Source: a virus
Strand: one strand, 5' to 3'
DNA length: 64,000 nt
IMG/VR virus record: IMGVR_UViG_3300010397_000003
Coordinates: 13,299-77,298 of that record
In this document: in pieces, positions 53,848 through 64,000 of the stretch
Numbering within the stretch: position 1 is the stretch's first letter
Layout: each line of letters starts with the position of its first letter
Made by a program: the position numbers and the translations under genes
The notes under the pieces: model-generated
Told to the model about the DNA's origin: nothing
Databases searched by the model: none
The model's input: only the letters and a program-made list of their open reading frames with translations

Positions 53848-56454
53848 TTATTTTCCTTTCGCCTTCGCTTTCTGTGCGCCTGAATTTATCTTGACGACTC
53901 TCTCTGCCGACTTCAACTCAGCTTCTTTGTGCGCATCTTTCATCGTTAGTTCGGCAGCGGTACGACGATCTTCGGCGGCGATCTCTGCGGCTTTTATATC
54001 CCGCTCATTTTTAAGTTGAATCGCCTGCGTTGCCGCTTCGTGGTGGTGTTCATCTTCTTGACGCGCACGCTCGGCTTCCAGTTCTGCTGGATCAGCGCCT
54101 CCCTGTTGCTGCCCACCTTCCAGCATCTTCTGGCCAATAGCCGCGGGCGCCATCGCCGCTGCTTGTCCTGCACCTTGAACCAGCCCAGCATTCGTTGCCA
54201 GTGCTGCGCCTTTCTTGGACTCGAAGTTTTCATGGAGCCAGTACATCGCTTCGGCTGCCTGTCTCAATGGTAATGGAGCCTCTAGCCCTTCGGGTAAGTC
54301 TAACCATGCACTCCACCAATCGCGTTTCTCTTTTTGCTTTGGCTCTACCGCACTCGGCTGAGGTTTAATTGACGCAACTAATTCTTGCGGATCGACTACG
54401 CCTACTTTCAACTTCTCTTCCATCTGCTCCAGACGTTGTAAGCAAATGGTCGAAACAGTGTCCGCATCCTCTGCTTCTAGTTTTACGTTCGCCACCTTCG
54501 CGAACTCGCGCATGACATTCGGAATGGTGGACAGGCCGTTTGCGATTTCTGTTATACCCCCCATCGAGGTAACAAACGAACCTAAATCCTGCCGGCGAGT
54601 GTATGGAGTCGTTGGTATGATCGAATCTTCTACTAACTCAAAGATCAAGCTCCCTTCCAGGTCTTTCCCTGAAACTGTTCGACCCCGTGAACCGTTCTTG
54701 CCGGGATAGAACCTGCCAACCGGATCGTATCGCTTGACGAGCTTGTAAATCTTCTCTGCAATCGAAACCCGCTCTTCACCGATAATCTGTCCCACCGGGC
54801 CATACAACGAGTTTGCTAAATTAGAGGCTAGTTGTGAACCGCCTAGTGTCCGCGGATCGACATTCATCAAATTGTCAGAAAATTCCAGATTGAATGTTTG
54901 GAGCTGAAACATGTCCATCAAATGTCTCTGACCGTACTCAATGGCCTGGTTGTTGATCGAACCCGGCTGAAACACGTATAGAGCTTTGCTCAAATTGAAA
55001 TCCGGCGGCATCTGGGTGAGATTCAGTTTGACTGTGGTGCCCGGCTTAAAAACATGTCCTGACTGATCATCGTCAAGCAGTCTCTTGTCAATTCCCACAC
55101 CCGGAGTTGCAGTTGCTGCCAACCCCTGATCGATATGCCCATCCCATCGGCTGTAGCGTCTTTGCGTTGCGGTGGCGTCTTGAATCCCTCGGCCTGCCCC
55201 TGAATCGGCTTCTACTTGCCACTGACCCGTTACAAGTTGTTCTCTGCCAGTATGCTCATGATACGTCCCGATAATCAGCGACATATCATTCAGGCCAACA
55301 AAGCAAACTGGCTTGCTCCCATAGACTTTATCGAGACGGCCCGGAGGAAGGTCTTCGCCGTCTAATGTCTTACCGCCTTCGGTTTCCAGTTCTGCGAGGT
55401 TGTTTGGTGATACCCAGAACTCGCACACGGTTGGAGACTTGTCATAGACCCGTTTCGCTCCTTCGACTGCGTTGCCCGGATAAGCGAGATTGTGCAACTG
55501 CTGTAAGCCTCGGAGATCCGAACTTTCAGTGTCGGGCAGAATGGCATCGCCTAACAGTATCTTAATGTCACCCGGTGTAATGCGATGTCGAATGATTCCC
55601 CAATCAGATTCTTCAAAGTCTTTAGTTAAATCCCATCGACAACCTTCCAATGGAATTAAGCTGATTTCTGGTGCCCCAAAATTCTCCACGCCTGCCATGC
55701 CGATCTTGGCCATCGGAGCCTTAGCCGGGGGCGATACATCTACTGCGTTACTTCCACACTTCGGACACTGACCACCATATTCAAGATCGGGATTCTGAAA
55801 CTCCGCTGCTTCACCTTGACGATCACAGTCAAGACACTCACCATGCCCACCGCCAAGCTGAAAATCGTCGCCATCTTCAATGCTGTATCGCGGCGCAGCT
55901 GGTCCCTGAGCCAACGGATTCCAACGTACTCGCGTAATGGAGATTCCTGCGTTCAACTTATGGAGTCCCGACCTTTGGCTGTATCTCGCTTTGTAGAATT
56001 GCGATTCCCAGTAATCGATCACTGGGCGAGCGTTCTGGGCCGAAGCAATTGAACGAGGATCGTCATCGCCCGGGCCTATCCTCACGTTCGGCTGGGTCGA
56101 GGTAATCTTCGACAGGCACATGTGCCGATAGGTGTTAATTAGATTGGCGGATTTTTGCCGATTTGCAGCATCAGCTACGGGGCGAACGTAGTAGCCCGGA
56201 GTGCGAGGGTTCTTCTGAAGGATGTAATCACCGCGGCAGTAGTGGATGATTAAACTCTTCCACGAAATCCACGCATCCCAAGTCGCTTGTTCTTCTTTTA
56301 GCTTGGCAAGGTAGAGTTTCCGAACGGCCTCATGGATTTTGGATTGCTGTTTTTTCTGCCCATCGCGAAGGTCTAAAATGGGCTTGGCTAATGCGAGATT
56401 GGCCCCGGCGCGAGCAAGGAGTGGTGAAAGGGAATTGAGATTTGTTTCTGCCAC
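53848..56454 (-). CDS. Portal protein (putative)
   Basis: 868 aa after the terminase; N.I......SKI...P...D..SA..A...I.Y pattern, Q/A-rich coiled-coil tail, CxxC/CxxC insert. Confidence 0.75.
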   Translation of the reverse strand: MAETNLNSLSPLLARAGANLALAKPILDLRDGQKKQQSKIHEAVRKLYLAKLKEEQATWDAWISWKSLIIHYCRGDYILQKNPRTPGYYVRPVADAANRQKSANLINTYRHMCLSKITSTQPNVRIGPGDDDPRSIASAQNARPVIDYWESQFYKARYSQRSGLHKLNAGISITRVRWNPLAQGPAAPRYSIEDGDDFQLGGGHGECLDCDRQGEAAEFQNPDLEYGGQCPKCGSNAVDVSPPAKAPMAKIGMAGVENFGAPEISLIPLEGCRWDLTKDFEESDWGIIRHRITPGDIKILLGDAILPDTESSDLRGLQQLHNLAYPGNAVEGAKRVYDKSPTVCEFWVSPNNLAELETEGGKTLDGEDLPPGRLDKVYGSKPVCFVGLNDMSLIIGTYHEHTGREQLVTGQWQVEADSGAGRGIQDATATQRRYSRWDGHIDQGLAATATPGVGIDKRLLDDDQSGHVFKPGTTVKLNLTQMPPDFNLSKALYVFQPGSINNQAIEYGQRHLMDMFQLQTFNLEFSDNLMNVDPRTLGGSQLASNLANSLYGPVGQIIGEERVSIAEKIYKLVKRYDPVGRFYPGKNGSRGRTVSGKDLEGSLIFELVEDSIIPTTPYTRRQDLGSFVTSMGGITEIANGLSTIPNVMREFAKVANVKLEAEDADTVSTICLQRLEQMEEKLKVGVVDPQELVASIKPQPSAVEPKQKEKRDWWSAWLDLPEGLEAPLPLRQAAEAMYWLHENFESKKGAALATNAGLVQGAGQAAAMAPAAIGQKMLEGGQQQGGADPAELEAERARQEDEHHHEAATQAIQLKNERDIKAAEIAAEDRRTAAELTMKDAHKEAELKSAERVVKINSGAQKAKAKGK

Positions 56455-56474
56455 ATTCGGGACTCTAACACGGA

Positions 56475-56894
56475 CTACATTACGTCAATGCCTTCTTCGC
56501 GGCGGCGCATTTCAATCATTTGCAGGAACTCACGCCTTACGGTGGAAACATTTGTGCCGCTTGGATCGGCATCGGCTAAATACGTCTGGAACTCGGCACG
56601 TTCTTCTTCGGTCAGCAGTGACCACGGATCAGCAGGTGATAGCCGCTGCCCTATCTTTCTTCGTGGTGGGACTATCGGTTGCGCTCGACCATCTCTTACG
56701 CGCGGCCCAAAGACTCCGAGCACGTGCGGAACGATGTTGGTCAGCGTATCTTCACGCTCTTGGTTTCGCGCCTTCTCACCTTCGAGTTGGGCTTCGAGCG
56801 CGAGCGCGTACTTACGCTCCGCTTGAAGTTCTTTCCGCGCTTTGTTACGAGCACGGCGCATGGCGTTTAGCCGAACAAGAAACCAGCGGTTCAT
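56475..56894 (-). CDS. Hypothetical protein
   Basis: Coupled ORF. Confidence 0.5.
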   Translation of the reverse strand: MNRWFLVRLNAMRRARNKARKELQAERKYALALEAQLEGEKARNQEREDTLTNIVPHVLGVFGPRVRDGRAQPIVPPRRKIGQRLSPADPWSLLTEEERAEFQTYLADADPSGTNVSTVRREFLQMIEMRRREEGIDVM

Positions 56895-57424
56895 TCGTTC
56901 AGCGCCTCTTCGATCTTCTTTGCCAGTGCTGGCCCGATACCGTCCACGCCCTCCAGTCCTTCCTCGGAGTCACGCTGTTTGATCAGTTGGCCGTAGGTAT
57001 TGATTCCCGCATCGTGAAGTAAGTCGTGAGAAGGAAAGTCGGCGGGAAGTTTACCCTTTGGCGACTCGGCTTCCTCGATGTCGCTCTTCAGCGGATCAAC
57101 ATCTTCAGGGTTAGGCGATGGAATCTGAGTGTCTTCGTGTTCGATTCCGGTCTGAACCTTTCCCTCACCTGCGGAAACCAATTCTGGCGCACTTCCATCA
57201 CCAGCACCGACTACGAAGAATTCCTGCCGCGAAGCCAACTCCACGCACTTCTCTGCAAATCCTTCCGGTGGATAATCACCTTCAGCGACTTTTGCCCCGT
57301 TGCGATATTTTCCCGCGAGGTCAGTCAGTTTTGCCTTGATGCCCATTGGCAAAGCGATCCATACGGCATCGTCAGATTTACGCACGGCGCTCCATGCCGC
57401 GATAGCAAGATCAAGATTCGTCAT
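56891..57424 (-). CDS. Protein with C-terminal helix-hairpin-helix domain
   Basis: L.DAGI.T...L.GVDGIGPALAKKI. Confidence 0.65.
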   Translation of the reverse strand: MTNLDLAIAAWSAVRKSDDAVWIALPMGIKAKLTDLAGKYRNGAKVAEGDYPPEGFAEKCVELASRQEFFVVGAGDGSAPELVSAGEGKVQTGIEHEDTQIPSPNPEDVDPLKSDIEEAESPKGKLPADFPSHDLLHDAGINTYGQLIKQRDSEEGLEGVDGIGPALAKKIEEALNE

Positions 57425-57433
57425 ATTGCCTCC

Positions 57434-57784
57434 TTAGAAAAGTTGCGGGCCGTGATGAGCCAGGTCGGTTTCCGATGCTGCCTCGGTCTTCTCGGCCAAA
57501 TCCTCATATCCGGTTGCTGCCGCAACTCTCGTGTCGCTGAAATCGCCCAGCGCATCACCAAACTTTAAGGCCCGATCAGTGTTAAACTGCTCGACTTCGT
57601 ACTCGCTGTGGATCGTCCCCGGCAAGCCCGCCTCAACAATCACCTCAAGGTCTTCGGCCGACGTTGCGGCCACAACCTGCGCATCTGTGATAATACCAAT
57701 CACGCCAGCGCGTCGAACGCCGTAACCGTTCATCGCGGACTGTTCCTCATACTCGGCGTGTAGAACTGCTCCCTGACTTGCCAT
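57434..57784 (-). CDS. Acidic hypothetical protein with internal duplication
   Basis: H.EYE....N and D..V.AAT..EDL each occur twice. Confidence 0.55.
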   Translation of the reverse strand: MASQGAVLHAEYEEQSAMNGYGVRRAGVIGIITDAQVVAATSAEDLEVIVEAGLPGTIHSEYEVEQFNTDRALKFGDALGDFSDTRVAAATGYEDLAEKTEAASETDLAHHGPQLF

Positions 57785-57786
57785 AA

Positions 57787-57990
57787 TTATTTACCTCTCT
57801 TCGGTGGTTTGAATCGTTTCAATAGTGAATGCGGAGCCTTCTCTGGTGGTCCGCCTTCCTTCGTTGCCGCAAAGTCGTGTAATTGAGAATGCGACATCTT
57901 TAACATCCCGCGATTACGCGCGTAGAGCTTGCCGGGCGCGTGCTCGGCTATGCTCATTGCAATTCTTTGGTCTCGGCTCTTTGCGGGCAC
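57787..57990 (-). CDS. Small basic phage protein (DUF3008-like)
   Basis: MPAKS..Q...M.IA....M...QL.DFA.T. Confidence 0.6.
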   Translation of the reverse strand: MPAKSRDQRIAMSIAEHAPGKLYARNRGMLKMSHSQLHDFAATKEGGPPEKAPHSLLKRFKPPKRGK

Positions 57991-58186
57991 GGCTGAATAT
58001 ATTAATACCTATCCCGTAGTTAAGTTTCGGACTATCCCCACCAGCCCAGCCGCCAGAGCAGGGTGAAGAACGCAGTGCGGATTTTGTGATACCAGCGTTC
58101 GCGGTAAACACGACATGAGCCGTCCTTCCGATAGTCGAAAACTACCGTACCGCCTTTGTAGATTCTCATTGGATTTAACCTTTTAG

Positions 58187-58696
58187 TTAAGCGGATCGTC
58201 CGCCTCTTGGCTTCCGCTTCCCCGCGAGAGCGTCTGCCGTTTCATCGCTAAGGAACACCGTGCGCGTGGCGTAGAGTCCGCTACCTATAAAAACGCAATC
58301 TAACTCAACCGCAAAATCCAAATGTTCAGAGTGTTCTTCTTCCGTGTGAACCCCGAGATGGTGAGTGAACACCATCGAGTCGAGGCTGAGACGACTATCA
58401 ATCACTAGGCGCATCCTCGTCTCGGACGGTTCGCGCACGAGCCCTTCGTGTGGCGGCATGTACCATTGAGCATCCCACGCTATCGGGCCGTTCAGAGTTT
58501 TCGCAACGTGCTGGCCTGAATGCTTTCGCGAGCGTGCGCAAGTAAAGCTCGGCAACGCATTCTTCCACGGTATCGCTCGACAGCCTAAGCCCAGCCATCG
58601 GCGCGCGCTGCGACAGGCACGAACTAGCCGCCAATCAGGTGCGTGCATCCAGCGGTCAAGTGCGATTTCCTCTTTCGTCGGTTCAAATCCTGGCAT
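58187..58696 (-). CDS. Hypothetical protein
   Basis: RBS AAGGG; co-directional. Confidence 0.45.
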   Translation of the reverse strand: MPGFEPTKEEIALDRWMHAPDWRLVRACRSARRWLGLGCRAIPWKNALPSFTCARSRKHSGQHVAKTLNGPIAWDAQWYMPPHEGLVREPSETRMRLVIDSRLSLDSMVFTHHLGVHTEEEHSEHLDFAVELDCVFIGSGLYATRTVFLSDETADALAGKRKPRGGRSA

Positions 58697-58705
58697 GTTT
58701 CCCTT

Positions 58706-60856
58706 TCAGTTAAGAGGCTGTCCATAGTCGTCCGTAGCGACCTCTTTTGGTTTCAATTGCTTTCTGATCTCCCGCTCCACCCACCATTGAGTCATCGCCT
58801 TTTGCATTGAGTCCATGTCGGTACGTTGAGCGAGTTCTTCTTTCCGATACCCTGGCGGCACCATTGCATCCATACGCTCTTCACCAGTCAACGGGACAGC
58901 CTGCACGCATCCGTCATAGAACAGCATCATCAGGCCATTCCCGTGATCGTCGTTCATCTTCAGAAGGTCGCCCTCGATCTCGCCCTTCGAGGTCATGTAC
59001 GGATCGCGCAACCGCCAATTACGACATTGATACCTGAACAAGTCCGCATCGTGAAGTTCATCGGGGCTTAACGTCTCTCGATACGGCATTGGCTCATAAA
59101 CAATCTTCCCGTCGCCATAGGTCACGGGCTGCATATCGATCACGCATGGACGGGTAATATCATCTTCGACCACTAAAAAGAACCGTGTGTACCCTTTCTT
59201 CCCCGGAATAATCGGATGGGCCAAAGAATAATCTACTCGTTGTAAAAGATTCAGCGTGTCTACGCCGCCATCTGATCCGGGGTTTATGCCTTGGACGGGA
59301 AGGCCAAAGACATTGCGCATTACTTTCTGCACATCTGTACGTTCATGGGAACAACGGAACACTTGATAGTTCTGCGCTCTGATTACCGGGGCGACGAATT
59401 TAGGGATTACATCTGCCAGCAAGACCCGGCGTTGCTCAATTAATCTGGTCGTGTCGGTCACGTACCGTTCAAGGTGCTTTCGATCCAGCGTGCTCTTAAC
59501 CACTTCATCCCACGAGTGTCCCGTGAGAGTTAAGGGCGAGATGGTTTTCAAAAGTCGGAGGGCAACATCTTCCGGCGAGGTTCCGGCATTAAAACTCATC
59601 GGATTGAATACAAAAACGCACCCTGGCAGTCGAGTATTCTGAGGGCTAACCGTGACCGTCCCACAGACGTTTGCGTGATACTTCGTTTTTGTTCTGGCCC
59701 AATCGTTATAAACGTACTTTGTCCAGTAGCGCGGAAGATCACGAGTCCCAAACATTCGCTCAAACTGGCTTCGTGAAATTACGTGAACATCGTCATCCCA
59801 GAACTGTAAGACCAAGCCTTCGCGAGATTGCTCTACCTCGTGTTGGCATTCTGAGAGAAAGGCCGGAAGGCCCATCGCGTTGATTTCGTCTTGAATTCGA
59901 TCTCGATTCCATCCGCGCCAAGTGCTTCTTCCGGCCACCACAACATCACGAATGAAGCCATCTATCGTTCGAGGTTCCGTCATTAAGCCTCTTACGGCCG
60001 GAACTCTGACGGCGGGTTTTCGGTTGGTCAGCACGCGGACTTGCTGGGTTTCTATTCTGTAGCGAGCGGTGTAGCGCGAGATGAGGTTCTGCGCCCAGAA
60101 AGTCAGCGTGTTAGCCTGGCGCATCGGAAGAATCTCGGTGGTCAACGCCCGGAGAATATTGTCGCTTTCGACCGGAGAATCAGCACGACTATCCACGTCA
60201 TCGGGAAGTTGAAAGGTTGGCCTTGTCTCCCCGGCCCTTGCGCCGGCCTGAGCAGATTCGATCGTTCCGCCCTTGATCACGTAATCCGCCGCGGTATAGA
60301 CGTAAGTTCCCGTCCACTGTTTTTTCTGATTAGTTATTTCATTGCGCTTGACCGTGCTCAGAGAGGGGAACATGCGCCGCACCGGAGGACTCGATAACAA
60401 GAACTCAATGTTGCTAACTGATTCTTGGATCTTTGTTTTCTCACGGCCAATGTAAAGGGCAAATCCAGGTTGTTTGAAAGCTACTGATAAGCCAGCGTCA
60501 GTAACCACCATCCGCTCTGCCACGGTACTTTTCATGTGACCACGAGCCCATGTAGGGAAGTAAGCAAACCAATCGTTCGGCGGGCGCCCGCCACGTAACA
60601 AAGCCAGCCTTGCTTCCCAGTGCCACTCAATCGCCTCAGAATGGTGCTTATCATCCGTCTCCGCTGAATCCAACACATCAACAAAGGACTGCCCAAACAA
60701 ATGCGCATACCATGCACGCCAGCCTTGCTTGATTAGATCGTGGATTTCTTCGGGACGGACTTGTGGGGCATTCGCCCACATCTTGAGATAAACATCCCTG
60801 GCGACCTTCGGCCACTTACGCCAGTCTGGACCTAATTCAAGAACAGGTTTTGCCAC
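58706..60856 (-). CDS. terL: Terminase large subunit
   Basis: Walker A-like ARGHMKST, RPTF.L.DDVD Walker B, F.SE.Q, YNDW and DDH nuclease motifs. Confidence 0.8.
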   Translation of the reverse strand: MAKPVLELGPDWRKWPKVARDVYLKMWANAPQVRPEEIHDLIKQGWRAWYAHLFGQSFVDVLDSAETDDKHHSEAIEWHWEARLALLRGGRPPNDWFAYFPTWARGHMKSTVAERMVVTDAGLSVAFKQPGFALYIGREKTKIQESVSNIEFLLSSPPVRRMFPSLSTVKRNEITNQKKQWTGTYVYTAADYVIKGGTIESAQAGARAGETRPTFQLPDDVDSRADSPVESDNILRALTTEILPMRQANTLTFWAQNLISRYTARYRIETQQVRVLTNRKPAVRVPAVRGLMTEPRTIDGFIRDVVVAGRSTWRGWNRDRIQDEINAMGLPAFLSECQHEVEQSREGLVLQFWDDDVHVISRSQFERMFGTRDLPRYWTKYVYNDWARTKTKYHANVCGTVTVSPQNTRLPGCVFVFNPMSFNAGTSPEDVALRLLKTISPLTLTGHSWDEVVKSTLDRKHLERYVTDTTRLIEQRRVLLADVIPKFVAPVIRAQNYQVFRCSHERTDVQKVMRNVFGLPVQGINPGSDGGVDTLNLLQRVDYSLAHPIIPGKKGYTRFFLVVEDDITRPCVIDMQPVTYGDGKIVYEPMPYRETLSPDELHDADLFRYQCRNWRLRDPYMTSKGEIEGDLLKMNDDHGNGLMMLFYDGCVQAVPLTGEERMDAMVPPGYRKEELAQRTDMDSMQKAMTQWWVEREIRKQLKPKEVATDDYGQPLN

Positions 60857-61041
60857 GAGAGGGATATTACATTAACTGGTGGGTTGCTGTGACGCCTCTT
60901 TGATTGGCTCGCTCAGAATCTTATTAATGCGATCTTTGATTGCTTCTCTGGTTGACTCAACAACCTCGGAATCAAAGATACCCATAGACTCCAATTCCAG
61001 AAAGAGGTCGCATATCTGATCGGCTTTTGAGTTCGCCATGT

Positions 61042-61410
61042 TCACTTCTTCCTCTCTGACGGCTTCAGCAATGGCTTACGACCTGTGCGCCAAGTCTCCA
61101 CCGTCGCCTTTCCACGATTCTCCGAAACCGCATCCAAGTCCGTTATGACCCCAGGCTCAAGCGGCGGCCTCTCGCCCAGCACGGCCGCATCCCACGCCTT
61201 GCGCGAGTCCAGACTCTTACTCGGCTTGGCCACCGGAATCTCAATCGCACTCACTTCCTCCCCAAACACCAACAACGCAATCGCCCGATCTACAATCTCA
61301 CCCTGAGACTCCTTCGTCCCATTTTGCAAACCCGTGATCGCTTCCTTCGTCACTGGCGAAATCAGACAGTTCAACGGCACTCGTAACTTATCCGCAGGCT
61401 TCTTCGGCAC
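61042..61410 (-). CDS. Putative RHH-like DNA-binding protein
   Basis: GTG at 61410; PKKPA...RVPLNC.ISP.T...I......SQGEIVD.AI. Confidence 0.55.
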   Translation of the reverse strand: MPKKPADKLRVPLNCLISPVTKEAITGLQNGTKESQGEIVDRAIALLVFGEEVSAIEIPVAKPSKSLDSRKAWDAAVLGERPPLEPGVITDLDAVSENRGKATVETWRTGRKPLLKPSERKK

Positions 61411-61416
61411 TAACCC

Positions 61417-61461
61417 ACTATACCCGAAACCTCTACAGGTTACAACCAACCTCTACAGGTT
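61417..61461 (-). promoter_or_regulatory. Leaderless promoter overlapped by a 14-bp direct repeat
   Basis: TTGTAA-17-TATAGT-6-GTG; AACCTCTACAGGTT at 61428-61441 and 61448-61461. Confidence 0.55.
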
Positions 61462-61873
61462 TACGGGCGTATGGGATATCTCTCGCTCGGGGAGATGGAG
61501 TACCCCGCACCGTCCGGTAAGAGATACCCGGCCCGGCCTCGTTGATCGCATACCCCTGGGGGTGCCGGGGGTCGTCTCTGTGTGTGAATGGCTGAGAAAA
61601 AGAGGGGGGGCTATGCCTGTGAGTACCGCGTAACGCTGCGCACACTGACACCAAAGGCCTTGGCTATCTCTGGTGGTTTACTACCCTTTGCGGCCAGCTC
61701 TCGCGCTCGCTCTGGGCTTGCCTTGCGTGCACATCGACCGCTACATCTTGCGGTTTTAACATAATCGACATTTCGCAGATTAATGCTCGTGCGATAAGTG
61801 CGCCAGTATCAACGACTTAAGGTTTTAACGTGCGTCTGATAATCGCATTTATGACCAGAATTCGCGGTCGTGG

Positions 61874-62359
61874 CTAACTTGCTGGCGGTTCTTCATCACT
61901 CGCGCCGAAGGTTGGCGGAAGTGGAACGTGATCCGGAAACTGTGACGACGCGCGAGCAATCATCGCGGTCAATTCCTCGTTTGACAACTCGATCTTATTC
62001 GGGAATTCACCCAAAATACGGCCCATCAGCTCGGTTGCGCGGATTCGATCTGCATCTTTTTCTGCAGACCGCGCCAGCAGAGACAAATTAGAGCGGACTT
62101 CCGCCGCATCCATGTGAATATCTGTGATTTTACTGCACAATTCCTTTTCAGCTTCAGCTTTCAGCTTGTCAATCGCGTCAGATACGTAATGTTTGGCAAG
62201 GTTCTCCGATGCCATTTGTTTAAGCGTGTCGTCGTTGCCGCTATAGCCGGCAATTCTAGCGGCCTGAGTAGCATTTCCGTTAGCTTCTCCGACATAAGCC
62301 AGGCAGAACTTGCGCTGCTTGAGGGTCAATCCGAATTCGTCAAGAGGGCCACCGTTCAT
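61874..62359 (-). CDS. terS: Terminase small subunit
   Basis: LT.KQ..FC..Y....GNATQAA..AGYS....A.ENL; D.I.A.EL.GR. Confidence 0.9.
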   Translation of the reverse strand: MNGGPLDEFGLTLKQRKFCLAYVGEANGNATQAARIAGYSGNDDTLKQMASENLAKHYVSDAIDKLKAEAEKELCSKITDIHMDAAEVRSNLSLLARSAEKDADRIRATELMGRILGEFPNKIELSNEELTAMIARASSQFPDHVPLPPTFGASDEEPPAS

Positions 62360-62423
62360 AACCTGAAGATTACCACCTTAAGAGTTGTTAAGTCACATTG
62401 ACAGAAGTTTATTTGATTTGCCC

Positions 62424-62452
62424 TTGACTTCCTTCTCCCGCCGGAGTAGGAT
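62424..62452 (+). promoter_or_regulatory. Sigma70-type promoter divergent from terS
   Basis: TTGACT-17-TAGGAT. Confidence 0.6.
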
Positions 62453-62480
62453 GCGCTAGTAGAAGAAAGGCACAGAACAA

Positions 62481-62744
62481 ATGAGATTCAGATTTCCAAG
62501 CGACCCTCTAGATTCAGCCGAAGCCAAGCAGGCCATCCAGCGCGCTAACGTCCCCGGGTTTTACCTTGACCGCGTTATGGAAGCGGTGCGTTGGGTTTGC
62601 ACGTCGAACACGGCTCGCTCTGCTTACGCTAAGTGTTCAGTGTCGGCCGAGTTCCCACGCAGGGGCGCTTTTACGTTCTATCGCGTTGAGGACTCGCGCA
62701 AGTTCCGATTGCGACTCAAAAGTGGCCGATGGATTTGCGATTAG
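62481..62744 (+). CDS. Hypothetical protein
   Basis: First ORF after the promoter; RBS AAGG. Confidence 0.45.
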   Translation: MRFRFPSDPLDSAEAKQAIQRANVPGFYLDRVMEAVRWVCTSNTARSAYAKCSVSAEFPRRGAFTFYRVEDSRKFRLRLKSGRWICD

Positions 62745-62877
62745 GATTCAACGATCCCGGTCCGGCTGTCAGTCCGAGAGATTGATAGCCGCGCTTGGAT
62801 TCAATCTGAAGCGATAGCCAATTACGGCTAACCGATTCTCAGCGGTATCTGAGAAGGGAAACATAGGAGACGAAATC

Positions 62878-63435
62878 ATGTCAGCACAAATCAAAGAGAG
62901 AGACGAAAGCCACAGTGAACAGCAAGCAAAGGCTCAGTTTGAATCAATCATCGAAATGGTTGCAGCGTTGACCCGCGAAGGTGCGGCCGACATCTACGTT
63001 AAAGATTTGACCCGCGAAGAGTGCGTTAAATTGCTCACCGACAACGAGCTTGATTACGACCAAGAAAACGACTCAGACGAAGACTTGCGCGAAGCAGTCG
63101 CTGAGTTCATTACGGACGAAACGATTGATCCTGACGACTTCGAGTTTGACGAAGACGGCGCACGCCAAACCATTCAGGAAGACCCGCTGTCCGTTCAGGT
63201 GCGCGGCGACTGGGGCGATCCTGGTTCTGATGACTTGGCCACGCCCGTCGAGTTCGAGATATTGCTATGCACTGGCGGGCCAGCCGTGCGAATCATAGGC
63301 GATCTAGATCGCGGATCGCCGTCACGCCCGCGCATTCAACATCAGGACTGGGGTACGCCGTGGACTGAATACTTCCCTGCCAACGGTAGCGAAGCTCTAC
63401 AGACCTATTGTGAGCAGTTCTATTACGGCGACTAA
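62878..63435 (+). CDS. Acidic hypothetical phage early protein
   Basis: RBS AGGAG; EDPLSV.VR..W...EF.ILL.TGGPAVRI.G...QDWGTPWT. Confidence 0.7.
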   Translation: MSAQIKERDESHSEQQAKAQFESIIEMVAALTREGAADIYVKDLTREECVKLLTDNELDYDQENDSDEDLREAVAEFITDETIDPDDFEFDEDGARQTIQEDPLSVQVRGDWGDPGSDDLATPVEFEILLCTGGPAVRIIGDLDRGSPSRPRIQHQDWGTPWTEYFPANGSEALQTYCEQFYYGD

Positions 63436-64000
63436 CGACTTCTGGCCGCTTCCGTCTCCGGCGCTAAGGCGTGAGCGTAATAGCTCAGAGCGGCCACCCT
63501 TTTCAACTTTTAGATTGTCAAAGAACAGGAGCAACCCAAATGCTAAACACGTCCCTACTAGCAAGGCCGTGGAGTTCAGATCGACCAAGAGTAGAAGGCT
63601 ATCGGCCAATCATTTCAAGTCAAATTACGCGCATCAGCCGTACTCGGCGGCGCAACTCGTGGCGAGCGGAAACGCTGGTAGACGATTGCGCGATGACGAC
63701 CAGTCACCATGACACCAAAGCTGCCGCTGAGAGTTCGTGCGCCGGAATGATGAAAGCCTACGCAGAAGTCCATTACATTCAAGTTTAACGACGGAGCAAA
63801 GACCACTTGGTAAGTGAATCTTTGAGGGCTGACTGCGGTTAGCCCTGAACGACTTTCAACTATCAAAGAACCATGCAAACACTAAAGAAGATTAACGCCT
63901 GGGCTTGCGTCTGCGATCGCTGTGGGTATTCATGGACTTCCCTCATCAAAGATCCAAAACGGTGCGGATCGCGTACCTGTAAATCTCAATACTGGAACAC

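Noticed and set aside
1-64000. Host assignment and temperate versus lytic lifestyle
   Set aside because: No integrase, att site or host gene lies in the window; the switch region is only suggestive.

Overview
The window is about 64 kb of one tailed dsDNA phage or prophage genome, probably podovirus-like. No integrase, endolysin or host genes are recognisable. Layout: (i) 1-8.8 kb, leftward early/replication arm (two adenine methylases, replication initiator, SSB-like protein, PD-(D/E)XK exonuclease). (ii) 8.6-9.5 kb, divergent switch of two ribbon-helix-helix-like regulators plus a protease-dead UmuD/LexA-like protein. (iii) 9.5-22.3 kb, rightward arm of small accessory genes (pentapeptide repeat, Lar-like, NUDIX, DUF4326, NinG, 2OG-Fe(II) oxygenase). 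(iv) 22.3-25.8 kb, a frameshifted RNase H and an IS1595-family element carrying a tRNA-Leu-like gene with an aberrant anticodon arm. (v) 26-62.4 kb, leftward virion operon (TerS, TerL, portal, 2485-aa polyvalent protein, scaffold, capsid, adaptors, tail proteins, embedded glycosyltransferase/acetyltransferase pair). The main observation is a dispersed family of about 18 related 65-85 bp elements, found only in the early arms. Nine upstream L ends (about 33 bp repeat, covarying hairpin, RBS, start codon) and nine downstream R ends (seven with the same repeat inverted, two of a divergent variant) bracket unrelated accessory genes as apparent gene cassettes. One intact back-to-back R-L junction lies at 7246-7403. 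This looks like an undescribed phage gene-cassette system; its recombinase is not visible in this window. All alignments were made by eye.
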